Source: Myxococcota bacterium (GTDB lineage: Bacteria > Myxococcota_A > Bradymonadia > UBA7976 > UBA1532). From it: DNA of 43,550 bases. The position numbers and the translations under genes were made by a program. Positions 18,530 to 28,150 of the stretch are shown here, piece after piece. Under the pieces are notes generated by a model. The model worked only from the letters and a program-made list of their open reading frames with translations. It did not search any database and was not told the DNA's origin. Position 1 is the stretch's first letter. Every line of letters begins with the position of its first letter. The stretch spans positions 1 through 43,550 of the forward strand of contig JAYZEG010000051.1 in the NCBI GenBank assembly GCA_036337435.1. The letters run 5' to 3'.

Positions 18530-19585
18530 ATGAGCGATGACACCATTCGGTTAACCAACTTGGCCTGTGCAGGCGGTTGAGCAGCCAAACTAGATCCTAA
18601 GAGCCTGGTTCAGGTTCTTGACGGGCTCACGGCGACCACGACATCGGGCGTGGTTGTCAGTTCCGATACATTGGACGACGCAGCTGCTGTCCAATGGCCG
18701 GACGGGTGCGTCGACTCTTTAATGCTTCAAACCGTCGATTTCATTCCACCTGTTGTGGATGATCCTTTCGTGTTTGGGCGCATTGCAGCAGCCAATGCCT
18801 TGAGTGATATTTATGCCATGGGTGGTCAACCCCTGACTGCACTCAATATCGCCGCGTTTCCCGCAGAACAACTTGGGGTTGAGCGGATGAGGCTCATCCT
18901 CGATGGAGCCGCTGACGCGTGTTCGGAAGCAGGAGTGGCGATTGTTGGAGGCCACACGGTCAATGATCCTGAACTCAAATTTGGTTTGTCTGTGACCGGT
19001 CGAGTTCACCGAAGTCAATTGGTGACCAATCAAGGTGCCGTTGTGGGCGATGAGCTTATTTTGACAAAAGCCCTCGGGACAGGCGTCCTGTTCGGTGCGT
19101 ACAGGGAACGCTGTCTAGAGCCATCGTCCATTGCGAGTTGGCAACAGTCCATGTCCTGTCTCAACCAAGCAGGCGCAAAGCTAATGGTCGAAGCGGGCGT
19201 GAAAGCGGGCACCGATGTCACAGGTTTCGGTTTGTTCGGGCACCTTCACCAAATGATGAAAGCATCAAATGTGTCTGCCAGGGTGGAACTCGCCAAAGTG
19301 CCTATCTTGGCAGGCGTCCGGCAGCACAATCTCCATTGGTCGGGCGGGAGCAGACGCAACTTCGATTACGTTGGTGACTTTGTTGTTGGAGGCGATGATG
19401 CAGGACGCCGACTACTGGCTGACCCACAAACCTCGGGTGGCCTACTGATGGCAGTCCATGCGTCTCGGAGCGATGCCTTACTCGGTCAGCTGAAAGCGGC
19501 AGGCTACGGACAGGCGGCTAAAATTGGGTGTGTCGTCGACGCGACCCAAGAGCGTGCTGCTGGCACGATCACGGTCGTTTCCTGA
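18530..19585 (+). CDS. selD: Selenophosphate synthetase (selenide, water dikinase), selenocysteine-containing (U17)
   Basis: Reading from ATG 18530: MSDDTIRLTNLACAGG-TGA-AAKL, in frame with the 18650 ORF. Motifs DDAA, QTVDFIPPVVDDP, ANALSDIYAMGG, GGHT, TDVTGFGL.GH and DPQTSGGLL. Confidence 0.96.
18598..18620 (+). promoter_or_regulatory. Bacterial SECIS element of selD
   Basis: Hairpin UAAGAGCCU-GGUUC-AGGUUCUUG; apical GGU 27-29 nt after the UGA at 18578-18580. Confidence 0.8.
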
Positions 19586-19626
19586 GGTCAGCAGATTCCC
19601 GAATCACGCGTTTTTCTTTGACCGCG

Positions 19627-20946
19627 TCAGTTCGCTGGCCCGTCTAGGCTTGTGAGTGTCGACTTGATGGCATTCAGGAACGGTGCCTCCTGTTGCAAGG
19701 TGATTATGGCCCGGGCATCAAAAATGAACTGCTGGTTTTGAATTCGGCCAATTATCGGCGGTTTTGAGCTGAGTAACAGTCTCTGGAGGTCGTTGATCTT
19801 TGGGTGGTTTATGGCGATGCCGATGGATTCAAAACTTTGACCGGGGAGGCTTCCGCCCCCAATGGTGGCCTCGGTCCGTACCAATTCGATGGAGCCAAAT
19901 TGATGGAGTTCTTGGCACCAGCTGTGGACCCTCTCACTGAGCTCACCTAACGTGAGCCGTCTCATTCGTTCCAATGGAGTTGGTTGTTGACGAAGCCAAT
20001 CGTCGATGGTGGCTTCCAATGCCGCGAGTATTGTTTTATCGGGTCTCAGCGCACGATACATGGGATGCCGTCTGATCTTTTCAATGGCTTCAGTTTGCCC
20101 AATCATGATGCCAGATTGAGGGCCGCCGAGTAGTTTGTCACCGCTCATGCACACGATGTCTGCACCGGCCGCCATAGCCTCTGCAACGCTTGGTTCGGCT
20201 GCGTCATAGTCCAGTTGACCACTGCCGAGGTCGATCAGAAGTCGAGTTGGCAATGTCGCCAATTCGCTTAACGCAGGTTGAGAGACGAATCCAATTTGTT
20301 TGAAGTTCGAATGATGAATCCGAAGAACACCCGCCACGTCATCGGTGATTTCCGTCTGGTAGTCGGCTAAGTGTGTCTTATTCGTCGTACCCACTTCCCT
20401 TAAGTTCGCGCCCGATGCTTTCATGACATCGGGTACGCGGAAGCCGCCTCCGATCTCCACGAGTTCACCGCGGCTGACCAGGACTGACCGGCCGTGGGCT
20501 AAAGCGGCCAGCATGACCATAACGGCCCCAGCACAGTTGTTCACGACCAAGGCTGCCGGTGCTTTCATTAATGCACAAATCCGGTCTTCGACCGCTCGTC
20601 CACGCGTGCCGCGCCGACCGGCAACGAGATCAAATTCGACGTTACAATATCCCTGGGCTGCACGGGCTGCGTTCCGCGCATTTTCACCCCAAGGCGCTCG
20701 ACCCAGGTTGGTATGTAGCAATACGCCGGTTCCATTAATCACCTGCGATAGCCCATCGTTGAGTGCGTCCAATAGCCGGGCGGGAATGGTGGTCAGGTCC
20801 ACCGTCTGTCCTTGCGCAATCTGTTTGCGACAGTCGTCAACGAGACGGCGTGCATGGCGAAGGACGCGTTCGCGGCCAAATTGCTCGACCAAAACGGGGT
20901 CGAGCAGTGTATCGATTTTTGGCAGTAAAGCTCTTTGGTCAGCCAT
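19627..20946 (-). CDS. selA: L-seryl-tRNA(Sec) selenium transferase
   Basis: VINGTGVLLHTNLGRAP, VVNNCAGA, VSRGELVEIGGGFRVPDVM, EVGTTNKT and the PLP-lysine motif SGDKLLGGPQ.G; ATG 20946 overlaps the selB stop. Confidence 0.97.
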   Translation of the reverse strand: MADQRALLPKIDTLLDPVLVEQFGRERVLRHARRLVDDCRKQIAQGQTVDLTTIPARLLDALNDGLSQVINGTGVLLHTNLGRAPWGENARNAARAAQGYCNVEFDLVAGRRGTRGRAVEDRICALMKAPAALVVNNCAGAVMVMLAALAHGRSVLVSRGELVEIGGGFRVPDVMKASGANLREVGTTNKTHLADYQTEITDDVAGVLRIHHSNFKQIGFVSQPALSELATLPTRLLIDLGSGQLDYDAAEPSVAEAMAAGADIVCMSGDKLLGGPQSGIMIGQTEAIEKIRRHPMYRALRPDKTILAALEATIDDWLRQQPTPLERMRRLTLGELSERVHSWCQELHQFGSIELVRTEATIGGGSLPGQSFESIGIAINHPKINDLQRLLLSSKPPIIGRIQNQQFIFDARAIITLQQEAPFLNAIKSTLTSLDGPAN

Positions 20947-22759
20947 CGACGTACGCCCTCGCTTTTGGTCCCGCGACTCGCTGGTCGCCCACTCGCCGGG
21001 TGGTGCCACAGGCGTCCAACCATGTCCACACCGGAATTGAATATTTTCGAGTCATATTTGCGTTGGTTTTGAGCCAACTGACAGCCAACGGCTGTCCTTT
21101 CAGACAGGCCGAGGCGACGTCACGGCGGAGTTGCAGCAGCTCTTTTGCAGGGAAGCAGAACCCCTCCGAAATGATCACCCGTTCGTTTTCGATAAGGTGC
21201 TTCAGCGACGCGATCAAAAGTTCTCTGGATTTGGGAAACCGGGCAAAAAGCTCCTCCTTCCGAAGTGCCATAAGGCCAGCCCGCCCGATGGCGCGCATGA
21301 GTTTGCGTCCAGTTTTTATAATCTCAGGGTCGATCTCAAGGTCATGGGCTAAGCTTGCAATGCAGCCATTGGATTTCTTTAGCACACGTGCATCGAGTGC
21401 CAATTCGAGAGCGGCTGCATCGATGGGCTGCCCAATCAGCTCGGCTTGTGGAATGCCAGGCCGGTGAGGATGCCGGCCATGGAACTCGTTTACGCGTGTC
21501 ATCAACTGTTGCCGTGCCGTCTCGAGAGCGGTTTGTGAATATAGCCTCTTTCTGTCGCCTCGAGGGACTGGAAGTCGCCTGACGAGTTGATCGCTGTCAA
21601 TGCCAAGGAGACCTGCTGCTGCGATCAGTGCTTGGCACTGTTGCTCGATGTCCATTGTCGAAAAAGCCGTTAATGCAGCCGGTCTGCGCCGACCAACAGG
21701 ATGGCCATCAAGGATGCGGCCGCCACCAATTATGCCTCCAAAATCATGGGAGGCCTGGCCCCGAAGTACGAAGTGAAATCCGGGCGGTACAGGGATTCGT
21801 CTATCCAAACGGATTCGTCCTGTTCCCAACGAGCCCGGTTTGATGGACTGATTCGCCTGTACATCGGCTAATGCGCGACTTGTTGCCATATGGAAAGTGA
21901 GTGCGCGTTCCCTCACAAGGGGCTTCGAGTTGTGCGGCAACCAGATGATTTCAACATCCAGTACGCGCCCGAGTTCAATGGCTCCCGTTTCGACCAGCAT
22001 ACGGTCTTTTTGCAATTCGCTCCGCTCAACCGCGAGGTTGACTGCGACCCGCTGTCCGCAGGTTGCGACCTGCTGGTCTTCCCCGTGTGTTTGAATCGCT
22101 CTGATGCGAATGACACGCCCGCTCGGTAAGGCTTGGACCCGTCTCTCTCTGGACAACTGGCCTCGAACAAGAGAACCCGTCACCACCGTGCCATGACCCT
22201 CGACTGAGAAAATTCGGTCGATGGGCAAGCACATTGGCAGCTTGAGCGAGTCCCGACGAGGGAGTGTAGAAAAAATGCGGCAGGCTGCGTCTGTTAGGGT
22301 GTCCAAACCGGTGTTACTGGTGGCGTCGACGGCGCAAATGGGTGCCTCGCGGTAGGGGGTTTTGGCAAGTTGCGTGTTGATGCGTGATTTGGCCTCGTCG
22401 AGATCATCGACCTTATCGGCAAATGTCATTGCAACGAGCATATTTTTGATGCCGAGAACCCAGCATGCGTTGAGGTGCTCCCAGGTTTGGGGCATGAAAC
22501 CAGTGGCTGCTGATACCACCATCAAAACCCCGTCCACACACCCCAGACCGGTCAGCATTGTTTTTATGAGAGTCTCATGCCCTGGTACGTCCACAACAGA
22601 CACAGAGCCCCTATCTCGTAAGGGCCATTTGGCATAGCCAAGTTGGATGGTGATGCCTCGATCAACCTCTTCTTTGAGACGATCACATTCCGTCCCCGTC
22701 AATGCTCTGATCAGTGTTGTTTTGCCATGGTCAACGTGGCCGGCCGTTGCGATGATCAT
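20939..22759 (-). CDS. selB: Selenocysteine-specific translation elongation factor
   Basis: [45 protein letters not shown] and the C-terminal SECIS-binding winged-helix motif TRKYSIP...LD..G.TRRVGD.R. Confidence 0.96.
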   Translation of the reverse strand: MIIATAGHVDHGKTTLIRALTGTECDRLKEEVDRGITIQLGYAKWPLRDRGSVSVVDVPGHETLIKTMLTGLGCVDGVLMVVSAATGFMPQTWEHLNACWVLGIKNMLVAMTFADKVDDLDEAKSRINTQLAKTPYREAPICAVDATSNTGLDTLTDAACRIFSTLPRRDSLKLPMCLPIDRIFSVEGHGTVVTGSLVRGQLSRERRVQALPSGRVIRIRAIQTHGEDQQVATCGQRVAVNLAVERSELQKDRMLVETGAIELGRVLDVEIIWLPHNSKPLVRERALTFHMATSRALADVQANQSIKPGSLGTGRIRLDRRIPVPPGFHFVLRGQASHDFGGIIGGGRILDGHPVGRRRPAALTAFSTMDIEQQCQALIAAAGLLGIDSDQLVRRLPVPRGDRKRLYSQTALETARQQLMTRVNEFHGRHPHRPGIPQAELIGQPIDAAALELALDARVLKKSNGCIASLAHDLEIDPEIIKTGRKLMRAIGRAGLMALRKEELFARFPKSRELLIASLKHLIENERVIISEGFCFPAKELLQLRRDVASACLKGQPLAVSWLKTNANMTRKYSIPVWTWLDACGTTRRVGDQRVAGPKARAYVDG

Positions 22760-22762
22760 GAC

Positions 22763-24976
22763 TCAGTCATCTCGCATCGGGCGACTACTGGGGTCAAAGG
22801 GACAGCCCTCATCTTCGATCCCATCACAGTCATCGTCCAGGTGGTTGCATGCCTCGTTTGGATCTGGACCGCAAAAGTCGCAACTATTCAGGAGTGCTTC
22901 GTCCGTTTGTCCGTCGCAATCATTGTCTCGAAAGTCGCAGCTGACCTCGACCGCCTCATAACTCGGTGGGAACAGACAGCCGAACCCTGATGCGCCATTA
23001 CACCCGGGTGTCGTCACACCAGCGCAGACCCCGAGGTTGGGACAGTCGATGCCAGTTGGAGGCTCGAGATTTTCATCGACGAAACCGTCGCAGTCATCGT
23101 CGAGTCCATTGCAACTTTCGGCTTGCGCATCACCACAGCTGCCGCAAGCGTTGCGTACGTTTTCATCGGTTCGGCCGTCGCAGTCATCATCGACTCCATT
23201 GCAGACTTCAGTCGGCGTTGTGCCGCACGTGCCGCATCCATTGAGGACCCCTTCATCGACCTGTCCGTCACAGTCGTTGTCCTGATTGTCGCAGATTTCG
23301 AATGGTGCAGGTCCACAGTCTCCGCAGAGATTAGCAACACCATCATCGATCGTGCCATCGCAGTCATTGTCGGCGGCATCACAGATCTCTTCTGTGGGTC
23401 CGCGACCGCTGCAATCGCTCCACTGACCGTCGATACAGCGTTGCAGTCCGACCCGGCACTGGCCTATGTCCGTGCCACAGGGCCGCTGTTGTCCCGGCGG
23501 GCAGGCGCAATCGGGCAAGGCTTCGTCAATTGTCCCGTCACAGTCATTGTCCAGCCCATCGCAGCTTAACTCCGTCTCGTCCTCGACGCTGGCCATATAA
23601 GCGCATATCCAAAGTCCGTTTTGACACGAGGGCTCGGTCCCAGCGCATTGGCCCAACTGAGCGCAGCCCGCAACGGTGGACGGGGCGATCACGCCTTCGT
23701 CGACCTCACCGTCACAGTCATTATCAAGGCCATCGCATCGAGTCTCAACCATTTCGAAATCAGCCGGTGGCTCACAATGAAAACGCCCATCTCGGCAGCT
23801 GATTTCACTGCTGGCACAGACGCCTACCCGTTCGCAAATGTTCATGCCTGGGTTATCAAATTCCTCGTCTATCTCTCCATCGCAATCGTCATCAAAGCCA
23901 TTACAGCTCTCCGATGCCGGTTCTATTGCCCCTACACAGTCAGACCAACCATCGGCCTCACAGGTCTCGAGGCCCGGCTGACACTGACCGATGCGGGCAC
24001 TTGGGCCGCATGGGCGTGTGCTTGCAATCGCACAGACCCGTTCCGGGATATCCTCGGTCATGCGCTGACCGGAGGCCATTCGTGGCGCAACGTCCTCGAC
24101 GATGGCTTGGCATCGTACGTCGTCCGATTTATAGAGTCGTACTGACCAATCAAAGTCCAAAAGTCGCCTCGGATCCACGAATGTTCCAGGTTGGACCTGT
24201 TGAATGAATTCCGCAGCACCCCCATGGTCGCTGAAGTCACCTGAATACCAATGGAAAAGGGGAGAAACTCCCCCAGTGGAGACACCGATATCAGGATTGG
24301 TGATGAAAGCTTTTGCCGACGCATCCAACATCTGTTCGAGCCTTGACGCTTGGAAAGCCTTGGTTGCGGTTGGACAGCTGCTTGCACCACAGCCGAGTGC
24401 CAGAATGGAGCGACCATCAATGAGGTGTTGTATTTGCTCATGATATGCTCTCAGCCGATGAACCAGGTCTGGTTCCGCTTCGGCGAGTGAGATGTGGTCG
24501 AACCGGCCACGAATGATTGCGTGTGCGATCCAATCGGGAGCAAAAAATGTATCCCCAATTTGCAGACTCGGGCGCCTGAGAACGGCGAATCCAGCATCGG
24601 AAATTGCGACCGCCGGATTGGTTTTGAATTGGTCTTTAAGTTCAGATAGAACTGCAAAATTGTACGCGTTTATCCAAAATGTGTAGAGCTCTACTGGGTT
24701 TTTGAAGTCCGCGATGCGGGTCGATTTCAAAGTGGCGTACATGCGTTTGAATAGGAGTTGCAGTTCTGTGTTTGTGGTCGCACTCGGGAGGTCGACACAA
24801 GCACCTTTAACGATTCCGTGTAAAAGTGCATCTAAAGTCATGTATCCATAACCCGACACATTGGGTGTAATCTCATCAGGCGCATCTATGGATGGTCTCG
24901 CACCGTCGGAAAATTGGACCTGTTCAGTGCAGCTTAGGCTGACAAGAACCAAAAACAGACTCACGCAGAATTTCAC
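22763..24976 (-). CDS. Lipoprotein: DUF547 domain plus nine Cys/Asp putative metal-binding (MopE-related) repeats
   Basis: GTG 24976 (GTGA overlap, GGAG RBS) and lipobox [31 protein letters not shown] and FDWS motifs, then 9 copies of C[ND]xxD[ND]DCDGxxD[ED]. Confidence 0.85.
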   Translation of the reverse strand: MKFCVSLFLVLVSLSCTEQVQFSDGARPSIDAPDEITPNVSGYGYMTLDALLHGIVKGACVDLPSATTNTELQLLFKRMYATLKSTRIADFKNPVELYTFWINAYNFAVLSELKDQFKTNPAVAISDAGFAVLRRPSLQIGDTFFAPDWIAHAIIRGRFDHISLAEAEPDLVHRLRAYHEQIQHLIDGRSILALGCGASSCPTATKAFQASRLEQMLDASAKAFITNPDIGVSTGGVSPLFHWYSGDFSDHGGAAEFIQQVQPGTFVDPRRLLDFDWSVRLYKSDDVRCQAIVEDVAPRMASGQRMTEDIPERVCAIASTRPCGPSARIGQCQPGLETCEADGWSDCVGAIEPASESCNGFDDDCDGEIDEEFDNPGMNICERVGVCASSEISCRDGRFHCEPPADFEMVETRCDGLDNDCDGEVDEGVIAPSTVAGCAQLGQCAGTEPSCQNGLWICAYMASVEDETELSCDGLDNDCDGTIDEALPDCACPPGQQRPCGTDIGQCRVGLQRCIDGQWSDCSGRGPTEEICDAADNDCDGTIDDGVANLCGDCGPAPFEICDNQDNDCDGQVDEGVLNGCGTCGTTPTEVCNGVDDDCDGRTDENVRNACGSCGDAQAESCNGLDDDCDGFVDENLEPPTGIDCPNLGVCAGVTTPGCNGASGFGCLFPPSYEAVEVSCDFRDNDCDGQTDEALLNSCDFCGPDPNEACNHLDDDCDGIEDEGCPFDPSSRPMRDD

Positions 24977-25878
24977 CGCAGACTCCAATCAAACAAGAGT
25001 TTGCCACTCACGTTGAAGCTGCCTTTGTCTGCGGAGCGATACTGGCGAATAAACTCATCGACCGAGCCAGCCGCCGCGATGAAATCCCGCCTGAACCATT
25101 CGAAGAGTGCGGATACGCCCAGCCCGTTTGCTCCGTATGTTTCGTCGTTGATGAAGTCTTGGGTTCGCTGATGCAAGGTCTCCTCTAGCCGGTCGGCATG
25201 GTAGGCTCTGACCGGCATTCCTGGAAAGCCCCGCGCGCCAAAGCTTATGGCAAAATTAATCCGCGGATCAAATTGCCCATTTGGGAATAACAGGTGGTGT
25301 TGCTCCATCAGGTTTCTGGCGAGGTCAGTGGGTGTATCGGCGACATCCGGGTAGCCCAGATGTCCACGAAGGACGATATGACCTATCTCTTCGAGAGTCA
25401 GTTTGAAACCTGCTACGCGGTGCTGAACCTGAGTATAGATGGCAAAGTCATCGTGTGACACTTCAACGTCGGGGCCGAATTCTTGCACTAGGCCAGCAAT
25501 TGAGTCTAGCAATAAGCCAATGTAGGCATTGAGCCAGAAAGCGATGCGTTCGTCCGGATTCCGCATCGATTCAGGGCGGACGCCATCGAGGATTAACTTG
25601 TAATCACTCAATAGATTGAGAGCCTCAGGGTCGCGGCTCAATGCAAGGTAATCACCTCCGTTTTCTGTCATATATCGCCTGAGAACTGCATCCAGGTGAA
25701 AATGGTCGAGGGCATCTAGAGTCTTGAGTTGCTCAGGATCGACTTTGAGCCCTGACCCTTGCAGTACGCGGGATGTCCATGCAAGAGCGGTTTGGTCATC
25801 TGGAGCCTCAAACGTACTGGTGTCGCAGCTCAGAGAAAGCCCTAAATAGACCACGAAAACGATTTTCAACCACGCCAT
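24973..25878 (-). CDS. DUF547 domain lipoprotein (Cys-less variant)
   Basis: Lipobox LS-C; IAFWLNAY, TLEEIGHIVLR, DPRINFAI, VSALFEWFRRDF and terminal FDWSLR. Confidence 0.85.
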   Translation of the reverse strand: MAWLKIVFVVYLGLSLSCDTSTFEAPDDQTALAWTSRVLQGSGLKVDPEQLKTLDALDHFHLDAVLRRYMTENGGDYLALSRDPEALNLLSDYKLILDGVRPESMRNPDERIAFWLNAYIGLLLDSIAGLVQEFGPDVEVSHDDFAIYTQVQHRVAGFKLTLEEIGHIVLRGHLGYPDVADTPTDLARNLMEQHHLLFPNGQFDPRINFAISFGARGFPGMPVRAYHADRLEETLHQRTQDFINDETYGANGLGVSALFEWFRRDFIAAAGSVDEFIRQYRSADKGSFNVSGKLLFDWSLR

Positions 25879-26618
25879 GACAAACTGCCCACGATCTGAC
25901 TATCTGGAAACGGGAGGTCGGTGTAGAGATCTCGGCTCAACGTCAGTTGAAAGGCCCAGCCCGTCTGCCCGCCGATGCGTTCAATGAGTCCGAGGCGAAG
26001 CCGATCAGCATGCTCTTCAAGACCGCTGATGCGGCCATCGAGAGACGCGCCCAATGCGAGCCAACTCAGCCTTGGCTGCCATAATCCAATGGTCGTCATC
26101 GACAAGCCAAATCGTGCGGAGTCGGTGAAAAATTCAGCCTGACAGTCTAGACCCAATCTGGCTTGGCCGAACTGAGACATGTGACGTAAATTGACTGCGG
26201 TCGCGGTTTCATTGGGATCGGCCGTAAAGTAGGCTCGAATCGGCCTCAAAGCATTTTCGGTAGACTCGAATCCATCGCTCTGGTCAAGTCGGACTCCGAG
26301 TCCGACTTGGGTATTTTGTAAAAGCAGGTAGTCGGCTCTGAGTTGGATTGGACTGAGCTGACGCCTATCGAAGAAAATACGACTTTCGTAGACCTGGCGA
26401 TTCATCTCGTAGGGGATATCTAGGCCAATTATCCAGCGTTCGGTGAAGCTGAGTGAGACACCTACATTAAACTCGGCCGATTGGCGTTCGAGCTCAGTGG
26501 CTGCGACCACGGTTCGTCCTTCGGTGTATGCCGTCGACAGTCGCACTTCGACATCCCCCGTCGATAAGGGTCCAAACAGCCAATTATTGGCCAGTAATGT
26601 GATAATTAATGCCGACAT
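25866..26618 (-). CDS. Putative outer-membrane beta-barrel-like exported protein
   Basis: Short hydrophobic N-terminus, alternating amphipathic strands and C-terminal IVGSLSWRG; overlaps the next gene start. Confidence 0.55.
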   Translation of the reverse strand: MSALIITLLANNWLFGPLSTGDVEVRLSTAYTEGRTVVAATELERQSAEFNVGVSLSFTERWIIGLDIPYEMNRQVYESRIFFDRRQLSPIQLRADYLLLQNTQVGLGVRLDQSDGFESTENALRPIRAYFTADPNETATAVNLRHMSQFGQARLGLDCQAEFFTDSARFGLSMTTIGLWQPRLSWLALGASLDGRISGLEEHADRLRLGLIERIGGQTGWAFQLTLSRDLYTDLPFPDSQIVGSLSWRG

Positions 26619-26761
26619 CTTCGATCCTGATCTTCACGCCATTGAACCAATTCTTGGACTCGGGCACAAATTCATCGCTCATTCAAATCAATCCGAACTT
26701 GCGATTTCCGCTTTTCATCGGTATTGCCGAGTCACCATATTCCCGTTGGAGAGGTTTTTCG

Positions 26762-27886
26762 ATGAAGCGACTTGGAATTTTTTTACAATTTGCCCTGCTC
26801 CTCCTATTGGTTCCCATTTCTTGGGATGCGTTGAATTCCATTGGTCAAGCACAGCACCGCGATGCACGAGCCTTGGACTACCTTAAGGCCGCGAAAGACG
26901 CAGACGCCAAGAATCAACCAAAACTTGCTATCTCGGCATACCAGCAAGTCCTCTCATTGAAACCCGATGACGATGATGCGCGCCTTCGGTTGACTCTCCT
27001 CCAATGCAAAGTGAGCGCAGAAGAGCCGGCCAGTTTAACTGCGACGAGTGCACGAGCCCTGGCGTTGCGTCTAAAGACCCTCGGCTTGGCTGCTAAAGAT
27101 GGACCAGAAGTCGCCGTCGCATTGGCTCAAATTCAGCTGCTCGATGGTCGATCAGCATTGGCACACGCTGCCTTTGAGAAGGCGGGGGTGGCTTATCCAA
27201 AGTCGGGCCTCGTTCAATTTGTTCTCGGCAAGTCACGATTGTTTCAAGGTGACACCGCCGCTGCGACCGATGCCTTGGCTCGGGCTGTCAAAATTAATCC
27301 TGAAAACAGTTTGTATCGGAGCGTCCTCGGAAAGACGCTTCACAGTCAAGGCAAGTGGGCGCGGGCAGAAGTTGAGTTGCTGGCTGCTGCAGAACGCCGA
27401 GAAGATGCCATGGTTCGGCTTATGCTCGGAGAAGCCCAGCTCAAGTTGAAAAAGGCGGATGCTGCCATTGAATCGCTACACCGGGCCCAGGGGCTTATCA
27501 AGGAACCAGGACAACGAGCGCGCGCTTTAGCTGCCCTTGGCTATGCGCAGTACTCAGCCGGCCGAATGCGGGATGCTATCGCGTCGTTATCTGAAAGTCA
27601 TCGCCTGAAGGCATCGGACCAAACAAAGTTAAATTTGGCCCTTTCTTACCAGGCAATCAAAGACCATAAGAGGGCGATTTTATTATTCAAAACAGCGCTC
27701 GAAAATCGACCTTTAGACGGAACGAATCATGTCAACTGGGTCCGCTCATTAATCGCTGTTGGACAGCGCATTACAGCGCAGCAAGTCTACCTTCGCCTGA
27801 AGCAACGTGCCGACAGCCATCCACAGCTCAAACCCCACTTGAGTTTGATGTCAAAATTGGTCGAAATGAACGAGAGAACACCTTAG
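26762..27886 (+). CDS. Tetratricopeptide-repeat protein with N-terminal membrane anchor/signal
   Basis: ATG 26762 with GGAGAGG RBS; repeated TPR signatures (AISAYQQVLSLKPDD, ALARAVKINPEN, AILLFKTALENRP). Confidence 0.88.
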   Translation: MKRLGIFLQFALLLLLVPISWDALNSIGQAQHRDARALDYLKAAKDADAKNQPKLAISAYQQVLSLKPDDDDARLRLTLLQCKVSAEEPASLTATSARALALRLKTLGLAAKDGPEVAVALAQIQLLDGRSALAHAAFEKAGVAYPKSGLVQFVLGKSRLFQGDTAAATDALARAVKINPENSLYRSVLGKTLHSQGKWARAEVELLAAAERREDAMVRLMLGEAQLKLKKADAAIESLHRAQGLIKEPGQRARALAALGYAQYSAGRMRDAIASLSESHRLKASDQTKLNLALSYQAIKDHKRAILLFKTALENRPLDGTNHVNWVRSLIAVGQRITAQQVYLRLKQRADSHPQLKPHLSLMSKLVEMNERTP

Positions 27887-28150
27887 CTTCCCACTTTTTT
27901 CGATGGTCGGCCGCTATCTGCCATATGTCGGACTGCGAACTCAGTTTCACAGAGAAAACGGCAAATCCAACTGAACTAAATTACCCGACCCTGAACACTT
28001 GGATCATCATCTGCAGACGTGGTATGGTCTTTCGTGCGTACGCGCGAGCCCGTCGTTTCTGCTGCTGTGTCACTCCACGCGAAACACAGGGCATGGTCTT
28101 GGGTGGATGCGCTCCATCAGTCCACGAGGACTGAACTTTGCGGGGGGGAT

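Noticed and set aside
20423..21467. Long plus-strand ORFs (205 and 234 aa) and the many other short overlapping ORFs in the track
   Set aside because: Antisense or alternate-frame shadows of well-supported genes (here selA/selB) with no motifs or RBS.
22720..22765. The TGA stop of the DUF547-repeat gene is in frame with selB (TGA-GTC-ATG), suggesting readthrough or autoregulation
   Set aside because: The downstream hairpin is weak and lies in conserved G1 coding sequence, there is no Cys-like context, and fusing a lipoprotein to a cytosolic factor is implausible. In-frame spacing has a 1-in-3 chance.
27887..28150. Possible c-di-GMP riboswitch (GGCAAA) upstream of the fibre gene
   Set aside because: The following GNRA-capped stem and GCAAAGC/second-stem elements are absent.
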